From Octopus sinensis (Eukaryota): a stretch of 64,000 nucleotides of DNA. The DNA lies in the NCBI RefSeq assembly GCF_006345805.1, contig NW_021833116.1, forward strand, positions 124,001-188,000, read 5' to 3'. Under the pieces are notes generated by a model. That model saw only the letters and a list, made by a program, of their open reading frames with translations, was not told the origin of the DNA and searched no databases. Positions 37,701 through 51,442 of the stretch are shown here, one piece after another. The stretch's first letter is position 1. Each line of letters starts with the position of its first letter. The position numbers and the translations under genes were made by a program.

Positions 37701-39738
37701 TTCGAGTCTCCATTCTATCCGACGGCTGAAATAATTAACATTTTGTCAAATAATCGAATCGAGGTAAATCAATTATTTTTATTTAATAGATAAAATATGC
37801 TAAAGGAAAGATATGGACGGTACCAATGGCAAGACTTAAAAATGATTAATTTTAATTTTTTTGTTAAAATGCATTATTCTTTGAAGTTATTCAATGATTA
37901 ATAATTGACATCACAAGGTCAAAAAATGTAACCGGTTGCCCATGCGTATCCAGCCGCCCATGTCACATATTACAGGGCGACAGCATGTCTCCGCTGCTGT
38001 TTGTCCTCTGCCTAGAACCGTTGAGTAGAGTCCTCACTGCCCAATTCGAACAAATGTCGATCGAACATGAAGGAGGGTGTTTTAGCACCAACCATCTCAT
38101 GTTCATAGACGACATTAAGCTGTTCGCTCGGTCTTCAGAGATCCTCCACTCAATGGGTAAAGTCCTGAAAGGTTTCATGAAGGCCGTGGGGTTGGAGCTC
38201 AACTACGACAAGTTGGCGACTAACACCCCTGTGTGTGGTGACCTAGTCAAAGTCTTGGAGGAACACCAAGGATATAAGTATCTTGGTGTGGTTGAGAGTC
38301 CAGCCTTATTAATCACACCCGAAACGAGAAAGTGTGTAGTGGAGGGTGTGCGTAGTAGGGCGGCAATGTTATGTCAGACTCGGCTCAATGCACGGAACTT
38401 ATTTCATGCCTTGAACGAGTACGCCATCTCATTGCTAAACTACTACGTTGGCCTGATCGAATTCGAGCCGAGTGAGTACGATGAAATGGACCTTATTGTC
38501 CGAAGAGTACTCCGAGAGAATCATGTCCACGTGTTGGCAAGCAATAAGGAGAGATTGTACTTGTCTCGCGGGCAGCTAGGACGTGGACTGAGTAACATCG
38601 TACACTTAAGTGAGCGAATTCTTACTAAGATGCACGACACCTTGTGGAGTGGGTCGAGTGTATCCCAAAGGAAGGCTGCCATCCTTGCTGCTGAAAAAGC
38701 GCGTGGTACACACCTAGGGACCATAAAAGGCTATGTGTCGGCTAAGTATGGTCTAGGTGTTACCCAAGTTAATGTGAAGGAGTTGATCAAACTTCAAAAG
38801 GAGTCTTTAATTAAAAAGATCAACTTAAAAGTCCTTCACAAGACTCTCTTTAGCAGCCTGGACAACCCGCACATTGACGTATCGTCGTCATCTACGTGGC
38901 TGAAATATGGGAATAACTCTCCCCGATCAGAAGGGTTGTTCTCATATTTGCAGGATAGAAACTTTTTTAATGGTCAACGGAAACAGTGTAACCACTGTAA
39001 GAGTAAGGCAATGACCGTTGACCATTTAGCCACGAAGTGCGGGAGTATGTTTACCATGATTACAGATGGAGGCATAACGAGGTGGTGAGGTCCCTCCATC
39101 TTTTGCTCTGCAATAAGTATGGCTTGAGGCGGTCCAGAAAGTTGCGAACCCATCGAGTTCAATCTGTGTGTGAGAACTCGCGGGTGTGCATTAAGGTGGA
39201 TACCCCCATACGCACCTCGATTGTTGTCCAGCACAACAGACCCGATATTGTGGTCCACGATAAGGTCACCGGGGAGATTGTTATCGTGGAGGTGGGCATC
39301 ACGTGCCTAGACCGTTTGCAGATAGTGGAAGTGGAGAAAAGGAGGAAGTATGACCTCCTTGCAAACGAGCTAGGACTGATGCACCAGTGCAAAGTCCATG
39401 TCATCCCGTGTGTGATGACATGGGATGGACTGGTCACCAAATACCACAAGCGGTACTTAAGACAGTTGGATGTAGATAAGTCTCTACAGGCTTATATACA
39501 GTCAACTGTTCTTAAGAGGACTCTGGAAAGAGTCTCGTTTGATGCTCGCCGATCCAGCCCTTTCCTGACGTTTAGTCAGCAAGAGGCGCTGGACTGCACC
39601 TTCTCGAAGGTCTACAGTGCCAGAGAAGAGGAGGAAGAAGGGGAGGAGGTGCGTGGAGTGCCACCTTCTGCTCACTTCGAAGGCTCTGGACTTAGTTAGC
39701 AAAATTACTTAGTTAATTAGTTTCTTTTTTTAATAAAC
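34794..39738 (+). mobile_element. R4/Dong-like non-LTR retrotransposon (single RT-REL ORF), near full length, GC-rich
   Basis: Perfect 16-bp TSD AATAATTAAAACTACT (34778-34793 / 39739-39754); KTPGVD, YRPITC, GILQGDSMSP (split by an insertion), FIDDIKL, CCHC knuckle, RPDI and EKRRKYDLLANEL; 1-bp frameshifts near 35250 and 39050. Confidence 0.93.
36524..37967 (+). mobile_element. Ginger2/TDD-like integrase DNA transposon, decayed
   Basis: ~65-bp TIRs with TGT...ACA ends, 5-bp TSD TATTA, and a gypsy-type integrase remnant QRFNQTITRKL..W...L..AVY.Y...VHS....PF. Confidence 0.8.
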
Positions 39739-39814
39739 AATAATTAAAACTACTGAATTTTAATTATCTGTCTCAACCCCAAAGCCTAATCTATCCATAT
39801 CCCTAACAATGTAT

Positions 39815-40020
39815 GCAGCGGAGGAAAGACTGCGAATCCCTGCCAATGACCCTAGGGTCTCCACGGCTATTGGTAAGAATAGGTAGTCTTTGGCCAGGGA
39901 CGAGTACTTCTTTTTGGAAAGTTCCACATGTCTTGCTGTCGAAACCGGCTCAACAACTGATGAAATCAAATTTTGAGCTGAGAAGGTGTTGGTGCAGGTT
40001 GCGTCAAAAATGAAATATTT
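39815..40020 (-). mobile_element. CRE-like REL fragment
   Basis: FDATCTNT, KKKY..L and FLPIAVETLG. Confidence 0.7.
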
Positions 40021-41929
40021 CATAGTCAATATTAATAAGTCGTAGATTAATAGTCAATATTTGAAACTTTTTGGATTCGCCAATATTAGCTGTCCTAGAG
40101 ATTAGATACTTTTCAAAATTTTTTTAGTATGTAACAAATAAGCCTCCAAATTTTTTATATTTTTTTTAGTAATTGGTACATACTTTTCTTAAAGTATGTA
40201 CTATTCGATTTGTTAATGACCTTCAAAAAATCGGTCTACGGGCATGAATAAAAAAAATAGTCTTAATTTCATATTGCAGAAATTATAAATAAATTAACTC
40301 TAAATACATCTGTACTTTGTTCGCAAAAGCCTTGGTCTCTACCTTCAGGAGCCATAATTTTTTTTGTCGAACTTTGCGAATTCAATTATAATTTTCTCTT
40401 GTGAAAGAATCGATGAGTACTTTTTTGATCAGTTCTAGTTTAATTGAATCAATTTTTAACAAATAAAAGAAAAGATTAGGAAAAGTAATTAACGTTAAAA
40501 ATAGTTTAGCGTTCTTAAGTTATTTTTTAGAATGAATAATGCGGTTAAATCTAACAAATCCAATCTGATAACTATTTCCATATAAACGACACTCCAAAGT
40601 GTCGTATTCCTTAAATTAAATATTTTTGCAAACATCTTACTTTATGAGAAAATTTTTCTGAAAAATCCAGTGAAAAATAGAATTTCGTTGCTTCATTTGC
40701 AATAGTCGGGCAGTCTGGTTTCATTAAAAGGGCGAATTAATCCATAAGTTAAACGCGAGTTTTTCAAATTTATTTCTACTTTGATATTTTGATATGATTT
40801 TTCTGTAAGAAATATTTTAATAATTATACTCATTATTATTTTCATATAAATATCGATGCTATTCCTAACTTCTACCTCACAAGGATCTGATTTGCATGAG
40901 AAGACGTCGACATTAGTAACATTTAAATACTCTAATTTAAATTTAAATGTGTTTGTAAATACTTTCAATAGTGTCAAATTCAATTTGATAGCACACCACA
41001 TTAAAAAATATTCCGACAAAAACTGGGCCAAGCATCTATAATAAATATCTATTATTATTTCAGAAAATGGGTTGCCTAAAGATTTTTTTATATAGCTAAA
41101 AGTAAATATACAAAACTTTAAACAAAAAGTGTGATTAATCGAAATAGTTATCAAAAATGTTTTTGGATTCTCATATAAATATTATTTTGGCTCAATATTG
41201 TTTTCTTATTTGTCAAAAAATGGAATCTGGCATTAATTGGCCTGAAGATTTGTGAAAACCATATGAAAGTTACACTGTAATAAATGACTTTACAATTTTT
41301 AAAATAAGCTCAACATAACTTAAAATGAGATAGAATTAAATCTCTGGATTCTTCATTGAGGAAATCTCTGAGTTCTTCATGGATTCTCCAATAGAGCTTA
41401 GTTCTCGTTTTTGTGTTAGTTCTATTAAATAAGTGCGATTGGAAAAATAAAAACGACACAGTGCGACCTTAAATAGGGAAAAACAAATAATGGGAAACCT
41501 TCCTTTTTGGGAAAATATTGCTTTTGGGGAAATATTTCCACCATCCAATAATTTGATTATTTTTCAAGAAATAAACCCCTTACTGAGAAAAAAATTTATA
41601 GATTTCTCTTCAGAATGTAATAACATTCTCAAACAATTTCTTCTCCTTTCATTTTCTCTTCTACTTTTTGTTGGAATAGTACAATCTCCTGTTTTGCTAA
41701 GAAGGCATGCAGAAATTCATTTTTGTTTAAACGATTTGCATTTGCATTATAATTTCGATTTTTGACAAAGTACATAGTTGTGTTTTTAATGAGACCTTTT
41801 CAGACAGCTAGTTTATGAATTAATTGAAATAAAATTCCTTTGATTAATCTAATCATTAGGTCATATTTAGGAACAAAATAAAATATGCAAATTTGGGTCC
41901 TATATCTAAAAAAATATAGACATATATTT

Positions 41930-42200
41930 CATTAAAATAGACCCATACGTAAAAAGACCTGTATATTCAGACGCGCAAAATTTTATTTGGGATTCAAAAC
42001 TGCTGAATTCCTTAAGGAAATTGGGCGATGTTGGGAATACAAAAAAGGGAAGGCCGCGACCGGTATTGGCTACGCCGACGCATTGGAATTGCAGTTCTTC
42101 GGGGAAACACGCATGCAGTCCTGGCTGCCGCAACGTAACAATATATAGTTTTTTTAATAATCAAAAAATTTTTTATGCCTCAAAAAATCAAAAATCAAAA
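41930..42200 (+). mobile_element. CRE-like 3' end with A-rich tail
   Basis: RDRYWLRRRIGIAVLRGNTHAV* read on the + strand. Confidence 0.7.
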
Positions 42201-42530
42201 TAAAAAAATAAGAGTTCTTGCTAAAAAGCATGGAAGCGCCGGGCGGTTTCCACATCATACGGAAATCAAGCTTATATAAGAAGAAACGGCCTAAAACTTC
42301 AATTTTTTTTGTATCGAAGTCGCAGAACTAAAATTACTAAGGATTGAGGTACTGGTTGTATCATTTAAAAATAGTCCGAGCATATCTGAAGACAGTCACT
42401 CTTAAATATTATGTCAACGACCTAGGCTCGGATCATGCTAGGCTCGTGACATATTACAAGTTATTATTCAATGCGTCTTTTATCGGTAAAAACATGTAGA
42501 CTTTTTAGTCATCTGAAGACAAGGGCATAC

Positions 42531-42716
42531 ATTGTTAGGGATAGGGATAGATTAGGCTTTGTGGTTGAGACAGATTAGGGTTAGGGTCGGTGTTAAAATT
42601 AGAGTTAGCGATAAGTTGGGTCAGGGGTAAACAAGATTTAGGATAGGAGTAAAGTTAGATTAAAGATTGAGTTGAAGTTAGGTTAGGGTTGAGGATACTT
42701 AGTGGTTAGGGTTATA
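42531..42716 (+). repeat. Degenerate TTAGGG-like tract
   Basis: Five exact TTAGGG units plus variants (ATAGGG, TTAGGC, TTAGAG, TTAGCG); a ~50-bp reverse-complement copy lies at 39766-39816. Confidence 0.65.
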
Positions 42717-42769
42717 GAAAAGTTGAACAGAAAAGAATAATAATTTATTTGAAAAGTCCAGATAAAATT

Positions 42770-44850
42770 GATTTTTAATTATTGCGTCTGCTTTCAGTCG
42801 ATTCTCCTCCTCTTCGAGCCTGAGCAAGTGTCTTCGACGGGTAGACTTATCCATTTTACATGGCAGTTCACTTTTGTGGTTGTTCTCGAGTCCGATTTAA
42901 TTGCATGCTTCGCCGCTGTAGGAAGGAGTTTATACTCCGGGCGCATGCTTTCCAATGTTCTCTTGATCACGATTGACTGGATATAAGCTCGCGTAGATAC
43001 CTGGACTTGTAAGGAGTTCTGGTATTGTTTATAGAATCTGGATGTTATTCCATCCCACGTAATAACCAACGGTATGATATTCACTTTTGCATTATGGATT
43101 ACCTTCAATTCGTTCGCCAAAAGGTCATATTTATGTAATTTTTCTACTTCTACTTGCTTCAAGGATTGCTCAGAAGTAATCCCAATTTCGATAAGCGTAA
43201 TAATATTCCGAACTTTGTCGAAGACAAAAATGTCCGGTTTATTATTACTCACTATAGTGTCCGCCTTGATGGTAGTGTCCACACGTATTTCGACCACCTC
43301 ATTAGAGACAGTCGACTGAACGGAGTGAGCCTTTAACTTCCGAGACTGTTTTATTCCATATTTTCGGCAGATGTGCAGGTGCATGCACCTTACAACCTCA
43401 ATGTGGCGACGTAGGTAATCACTGTTCAACATTCTGCCACATCTTGTAGCAAGATGATCCACAGTTTTTTTGGCGGCGTTGCAATGGTTGCAACAACCAC
43501 CACCGTTGTCAAAGAATAAGTTGCGGTACTGAACCATGGTCCCTCCGACCTTGGAGAGTTGTTCCCATGAGATAACCACCAGGACGATTCTTTCAGATCC
43601 ACGTCCAAATCATCATAGCAATTGAATAAAATCGAGTGAAGTGGCTTTTTTCGTATCTGTTCAAGTATGTGCTTTCCTTGCAAATCCTTCAGAACATTCA
43701 GTTTGAGGCTTTCCGGAGTTGCAAATTGGTACTTTCTGCATAGGAATTCCTTGATAGTGGCCATATGAGTTTTCTTGAATCTGACGGTCTTCAGGATTCC
43801 TTCTCTCCTCAAACAATAGGAAGCCTTCATCTCAATGTCCTTGAGGAATTCAAGAAGCATTCGCTCGCTTTTACGCACCACAGAAACCAATCCTCTTCCT
43901 AGTCGGTCTCTTGAAAGATAAAGTCTATGTTTGTTTCCAGGTTTCATGTGTATTTGGTGGCGTATCAAAATCTTGCGCACATTCTTGTCGATATTCGCAT
44001 GGTTCGATATCAATGAGCCCGATGTAGTAATTATACAACGATAATGCATGCTCATTGACAGCCTTGAAAAAATTTGCAGAATTTAGCTTCGAGTCTGCCA
44101 GGCTATTAGTTCTCTCCTCGATTGCATCCGATATTGAGTTCATCGTGTCATTCTTCAAAACTCTGCTATCTTTGTCTTCCAATACTCCAAGGTAACAATA
44201 GCCATCAATCCCGTCAAGCAGCTTAGCTTTGCTACTCAACCCTTCAAGATTAGTTGCAGACTTTTCAGCGTTTTGCTCCAATCCGGCAGATCGAAAGAAT
44301 TGATCAACCTCGACCATCATCCTCATTACAGTGTCTTTCTTCCGAGCAAACAATTTTAGGTCGTCCATGAACAACAAGTGGTTCGTTGAGCATACCCGAG
44401 GACTATTGCCAGACTTGTCCACTAGCACATTTGGGAATTTCGCATTCAATATTCTACTCAGGGGGTCCAGGACAAGAACAAAGATTTGCGGCGATAAAGA
44501 ATCACCCTGCAAGATCCCTCTCTCCATTTTCACGTCACCAATCTCTTTTTGATTAAATCTCAGCTTGATCTTCCATTTCGTGACAATTGCCTTGATAAAA
44601 TCCACAATCCAATGGGGGAGGCCGGAGTTATCGAGGACTTGATACAGAAACTCGTGATCGACAGAGTCAAAAGCCTTCTTTACATCAATCCAAGCAGAAG
44701 GCAAATTATTCCCATTTCGTTGATGGACACATTGGTTGAGCAATGCCTGCTCTTTGGCTCCTTGACACATTCTTCTCGTCCCCAATTGATTGTCGCTGAT
44801 CAAATCGTATGCTTCAATGTAGTCCGTCAATTTTTTGTTCACCATTTTAT
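42770..44850 (-). mobile_element. R4/Dong-like non-LTR retrotransposon, 5'-truncated
   Basis: QLGTRR.CQGAKEQAL, GILQGDSLSP, FMDDLKL, CNHC..DHLATRC, KPDI and EKLHKYDLLANEL; frameshifts. Confidence 0.92.
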
Positions 44851-44852
44851 GG

Positions 44853-45510
44853 AGGCCATATGCTATGCGATAGTATGAATAAACAAGTCATTAATCCAAC
44901 ATCCCAAGATGTCGTAGATTTTATAAATAATCGTTAATTATTTTATCATTCGATTTTAGAAATTGTAAATCAGAGTTTTTACATCAACAATCGGATAACG
45001 TGGGATGATAACATAATAATGTATGATGATGGTCCATTATTGGTATACATAAATAGTTGATTTAGATGACACCGAATTGGGATGTACATCAACCTCATGT
45101 CATTGATGAAATGCTGGCTTGTATTAGCATTAATCACAATGGAAAGTGGAAAACAGATTATTGTGGAGAATATAAAATTCCGGTGTGCTCTGACAAAAAT
45201 TCGACTTACTCGACTAGCAGTATTCTTTTATCAAAATTGAATTTTAAAAAGGAAGCACTGCTCGAAAAGCAGGAATGGGATTCGGGATATTTATTGGGAT
45301 AGCTGCGATTGTGGGAATTTCAGTAGGAATATTTATATTTCTCCGGTTGAAATACTTTTTATTTATATTTTAGTAGAAAAAATATTTCAGTTACCAGTCT
45401 GAAATCTTTTGGAAGCCTAAAAAAAGTATATTATTTATTCAACATTTATAGAGCGGAGTTTCTCAGGAGATTTTGAATAAATATGTTAACTATCGTTTAA
45501 TGTTCGCTAC
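44853..45510 (+). pseudogene. C-type lectin domain + transmembrane receptor, 5' part cut off by the retrotransposon
   Basis: Spliced: LCDSMNKQVINPTSQDVVDFI...DG.LLMTPNWDVHQP...ACISI..NGKWKTDYC...PVC, then the TM GMGFGIFIGIAAIVGISVGIFIFL and an RRK tail. Confidence 0.6.
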
Positions 45511-45759
45511 TTTTAATGCGATTTTTTGATTTAAAGTTTCCAAAAATTGTTTAAAAAACAAAAATTATTTTTAACGGTGTTAGATTTTCCAGTCAAGAAT
45601 TCATGTTTCATTCTTTGCCTAGTGATTCCCAGAATTGTAGAAATCTAAATAAATTTTTAATTTTAGTTTAATTATCAATTTAACCCTGAATAACCCCTGA
45701 ATAAATTTTTAATTTTAGTTTAATTATCATTGAAACATATTTGTTTTAAAAAAATCAAA

Positions 45760-46933
<1,174 letters not shown>

Positions 46934-47099
46934 TTGGTTAGATTGGTTCTTTATTCTTTCGGATTTTTGATTTTGGGGTGTTTTTTTTCATTAAAGTTCT
47001 CGATTTTTATTTATTTAATCATAAAGAGTTCGGTAGTGACAAAACAACCCATCTTTCATATTTCCAATAAGCTTTTAACTTTATAACTTTTATATAACT

Positions 47100-47900
47100 T
47101 TATAACTTTATTTTATTTTTTTAAATATAAAATTTTTTTTCAAAGAAATCATAAATTTTATCTTTTGTATTTGATTTTCTAAGCTGTTCGCCAATTTTCA
47201 TAATATTTTCGTGATCATCAATATTTGAATTTTTGATTTGAGAAATGTAAGTTTTGATGGTCTCTAGTGCTCTAAAAGCTTCCGATAGCTCGACTTTTTT
47301 CAACATAATCCTCCTCATTACTTGTTTTCTAATTTTAGATATTAAATAAAATCAAGTACTGGTTGAAGTTTTTCATCTTCTCGAGATTGCCCTTCCAAAA
47401 ATTCAATTAGTTCTTCATTTTCAATATAGCCATATTCAAAAAATACACTTTTTGAAGGAATTGCCTTGTAAAAAACACCGGTTTCATCAGCATTATAGAC
47501 GTTATCCAATCCATATTGATGAATTTTAAAACTGTTTACATAGTTGAAATCAGTAATGGATTTTTCATTATGATTAATTGATCCCATATCGCCGTGATGT
47601 TTTCTTAGCTTAAGACCATTTCGGGTTTTGAACTTTTCAAACCATCCATAGCTTGCTTAAATGCTCCATTATTTTCTCCAAATTTAAGAGCCTTTGAAAT
47701 GATTATTGAATCAGATAAAATTGCTCCTTTTGACTCCATTAGGTTAAACCACGCTACCATTTTCTCATCAATTTCATTAAACTTGAGTTTAGGAATTCTT
47801 GTAGCGTTGAATGTGTTTATATCAGTCCTGTTTTATAGGTCGGATTTTGACTTAAGATCGTTTATTTTTTTTATAGATTAATATATTTGTAATGATATCT
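47100..47900 (-). mobile_element. pogo/Tigger transposase remnant (CENP-B HTH + DDE_1 start)
   Basis: GWFEKFKTRNG, NVYNADETGVFYKAIPSKS. Confidence 0.8.
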
Positions 47901-47921
47901 AAAAGTAAAAAGATAGCTAAG

Positions 47922-48140
47922 CTAATTAAAGGCCTCACGAGACACCCGGCCAGCCTCGCGAATGGCGAAGCCGTTCCCTCGGATCACAGCAATCGACAGA
48001 CGTTCCAGGAGCCAAGAATACTCTCTTGGATCGTGGCTAGTCCTTGAAATCCGTCCACCGAGCAAGCGAAGGAAGCGGAGTGTCTTGGGGCCGAAGATCC
48101 CGGAGGACTCCACGATCGCTTTGGAGAAATCGTCTTTTTC
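47922..48140 (-). mobile_element. CRE-like 3' fragment
   Basis: VESSGIFGP, WLLERLSIAVIRGN. Confidence 0.8.
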
Positions 48141-48776
48141 AGTCTGTCAGAAAAAAATTCTTGAAATTTGTGGATTCGATAATCTTCCATAGAAAATTCA
48201 AAATTCAAAATTTTTGACTAAAAAAGCGATTCGAGAGGTTTTACTGTATTATTGCAACACTGTTTGTTTATTTTTTAAAAATGTGAATTTTTTATTTATA
48301 CCAATTAAGATAATGGTCATAGGACTATATATAGTCAGCATAACTCCACTCAATAAATGCCGCTGACCTCATTATTCTTCATACAACTCATCAAAGTTGT
48401 TATGGCAGTTCCAATCTCGACCCAAAGAGTTCTTTTCTACTCACATAAACATGTTGAATTTACAGAACATTTCGAAACTCTATTCAGAGGATCCTACTGA
48501 CTATCTTGAGAAGGGACACTGCATTCTCAAGATACCATATTGAAAACATATTAAGAAAACATATCAATTAAGCTGTTCAATTAAATTTTCAATTCAGATC
48601 GTCGGTCCCTTCTTTGAAAAAGAGAGTTTGTTGTCGGCTTCCTTGTATCTTCTTTTCTCAACTTTGGGTATTCTGTGACTTAATACACATTAACTTGTAA
48701 TTTGTTTATGAAATGTTGAAGTGGATCTTCTTAAATAAAATGAAAAATAGAATAAATAATAATTTCCATAACAACA

Positions 48777-49279
48777 ATGAAAGATCTCAGCACGTCCAGA
48801 CAGCCCATAGTATTCCAAATCTAATCATTTGCAGAGATCCCTGTTGTTGTACCAACTACTTCTATTTCTAAACAAAGCATATAGTGTTCTCTTCCTGTTA
48901 TTCGAACTGTTCCTGTTTATCTACAAAGGCACGTTAAAAAAGTGATTTTGCAGGTACTGAATTGTACTATGGAACACCCTCACTTGTACTCGATATCCTC
49001 ATTGTCTTGGTGGTCTTTGTTCTGGAGTATTTGAGAATTTTTTGGGGTTTTTTGATTATTCCGGAATATTTAGGCATAAAAGGGAATGTTTTGGAAAGTG
49101 TAGCGGCGATGGGAATTTCTGTTTTGATATCCCTTGGGTCGATCGGAGGGCTTATCTACTTGTTACGGTGGCAAACCTATGTTCTCAAAATTGAATTGAT
49201 TTTTGTGGGAATTGAATTAGGTTTGGTGGGCGTATCGTTTTTAATGTCCATCATTAGTCTGGTTATTTTCTCTCAATAA
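48777..49279 (+). CDS. TMEM216: Ciliary transition-zone membrane protein TMEM216 (TMEM17/216/80 family)
   Basis: Spliced: LLFLN..Y...F.LFELFLFIYKG...Y....LVLDI......E.LRIF.G.KGN....ISV........Y.L..QTYVLKIE; 3 introns of 24-27 nt. Confidence 0.88.
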
Positions 49280-49689
49280 ATATATTTTGATGAATTTTTG
49301 AATTTATTTTAATAAACAATATAGTCAATATAGGAATTTAATTAACTGTCACCATAGCCGTCAAAATATGACTATTTGTGATGATTAGCTCTATCCCTTT
49401 TTACACGTTTTATTTGGCTTTTTATAACCGAAATTTTCACATTTGTATACAAAGGGACCATAAGCATATTAATTTTGCAAAGACTGCACTTGACTATGCA
49501 ACAACATCACTTGATATTGTAATTGTTTTGGTGGTCTTTGCTCCAAAGCTGTTATGAATTTTGCCTTGGTTTGGTAAAACTAAATATTTAGCCAAACGCG
49601 CATGAGATATCTTCCGATGTAATATTTTGATTCACTCTAAATCGATAAAGGACTATTTTTACTTATTATTCTGGTTAACTTGCGTTTTT

Positions 49690-50170
49690 AAAATTGAATC
49701 GATTTTTGTGAAAGTAGACGTCCTCCAAATACGGTTCAGCGTCAAACACACGTCCGTAGTTAACGTATATGCACCCATAGTGGACGGGTTGCCAAAGATC
49801 TAGACGAACTTAAGCCTTTTAAACGCAGCTCTCGGGAACATTGGCCAAACTGGAGTCGTCTTTTCTAGTCTTCATTCCAGGAAACTGGAATGCTAAAGCA
49901 GGAGTACGTCGAGAACATGAGACCACTATCGGAAGACACAAATAAGGAACCTCCCGAGGGCTATGGTGAGTGTTCGACCTATTTCTGTGTAACAATGCGT
50001 TTTCGGATGCTGCACGACATAAGTCCACCTGGACAGGCTGTCGAAGAAACGAGTCTGGAGACCACGTAACGATCTATAATCAGGTCGACTACATACTTTG
50101 CAAACAGAAAGACAGAACACTATTACGGGACTCGAAATCTTACGGAGAGCCCATCTTGGAAAGTGACATG
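49690..50170 (+). mobile_element. RTE-like LINE apurinic endonuclease remnant
   Basis: VNVYAP, GNWNAK, LFLCNNAF, HKSTW, NQVDYIL and ESD. Confidence 0.75.
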
Positions 50171-50179
50171 AAAGAAAAT

Positions 50180-50560
50180 AAATTTTAATGTGAATTGTTG
50201 GAAAGAAATTTTAATGCATTTAATTGCTCCTGTGTGTCGTATTTGGAATTGTGGAAAAAAATTATAGCGGAAGGGAATTCTTTCTTTGGACACAAAAAAT
50301 GATATTGAATGGGTTGGTGTAGAAGCATCGGAGAAAAGTTGAAGCAATTGAATTCGAAGATATAAATGTCGACGATTTATTTGATGAATTTGTTGATGTT
50401 AAATCTTTCTGGTCAACAGAAAATAAGGAATGGAAAACTAATCAGGATAATTGCAAATTAAATTGGATGCATGTTTGTAAATATTTTAATGAGAAGAATA
50501 TTCAAATTCGAAATTTTATTAAAATTATCGAATATGTTTGTTGCTTACCTGGCACTATAA
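50180..50560 (+). repeat. Second copy of the hAT-like transposase remnant seen at ~26100-26330
   Basis: ~230 bp of near-identity to 26097-26330. Confidence 0.8.
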
Positions 50561-50639
50561 AAATTAATTTACAGAAATTTCATTATATGGTTATATTGTG
50601 GTTACAACCATAATTTATTAAGTTTTTGATGTCTGCATT

Positions 50640-50960
50640 CCAACATAATTTACTGCTTGTGCTTCAAAACTAAGGATACTGCTTACGGGGTTCATTGTAA
50701 ATAGTTGTGAGAATATTTGAGCATTGATTTATAAGCGCCTGATCTTTAGCACCCTGGCTCTGTTCCTTCCCCAAGTCTCTCTAGTGGTACCATAAGGTCT
50801 TTCAGCGTGTGACAATCGTCTTTAGTTATCAGCTATATCATTTCTAGGGAGTACTAATTCGGATATAGACAAAGACCAAACTTTTAATAAAACAGTTATA
50901 TTCCGACATTTCCGCAACCCATCCAATCAGTAATATATTATATCCATGATTTATCCAGAA
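50640..50960 (-). mobile_element. R4/Dong-like RT fragment, heavily decayed
   Basis: GAKDQALINQC motif. Confidence 0.5.
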
Positions 50961-51123
50961 TAGTTCATTTCAGGTAATTATCCATTTAGAAGAATGCGAT
51001 TTACTCTGAGACGTGTCATCACAGTAGACCCGGCTGAAATTCATAAAAAAGTGATCCTTTTAAATTGAATGAATGCAACTCGAATCTGATTTTATTGAAA
51101 TAAAAATAATTAATCAACAAAAT

Positions 51124-51442
51124 TTAATTATTATTTAGTGACTTCCAAAAATTAAGTCGCTGTCGTATCATTTCATCTCTTTGAGAAATAAATTGCGATA
51201 TTGTCATTCTGAAAAATTATACGAATAAACGACCCTTCAATTCTAAACGACCTAAAACTATTCAAACACAAAAAAATCAACCCATTATCAGAATCCAGTT
51301 CAATATCACTTATTCTAAATATTAAAACAAAATACAAAGACGAAGTGTCCCCTTCATTATACTCATCCTCATTCTAAAATCGTCGAAGGAACGTTACCTT
51401 CGGAGAATTATTTTCCTTTAATCTGTACGGCTTATCAACCAT
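51124..51442 (-). CDS. Small unknown protein (~64 aa) encoded by six micro-exons
   Basis: Five consecutive 24-27 nt GT-AG introns all keep one frame: M|ENNSPK|NEDEYNEGDTS|ISDIELDSDNG|FRSFRIEG|MTISQFISQRDEMIRQRLNFWKSLNNN*. Confidence 0.6.

Noticed and set aside
40050-41800. AT-rich ORFs (e.g. 40693-41154) as a protein-coding gene
   Set aside because: Some intron-like signals, but no recognisable motif and no unique splice path; cannot be supported without RNA data
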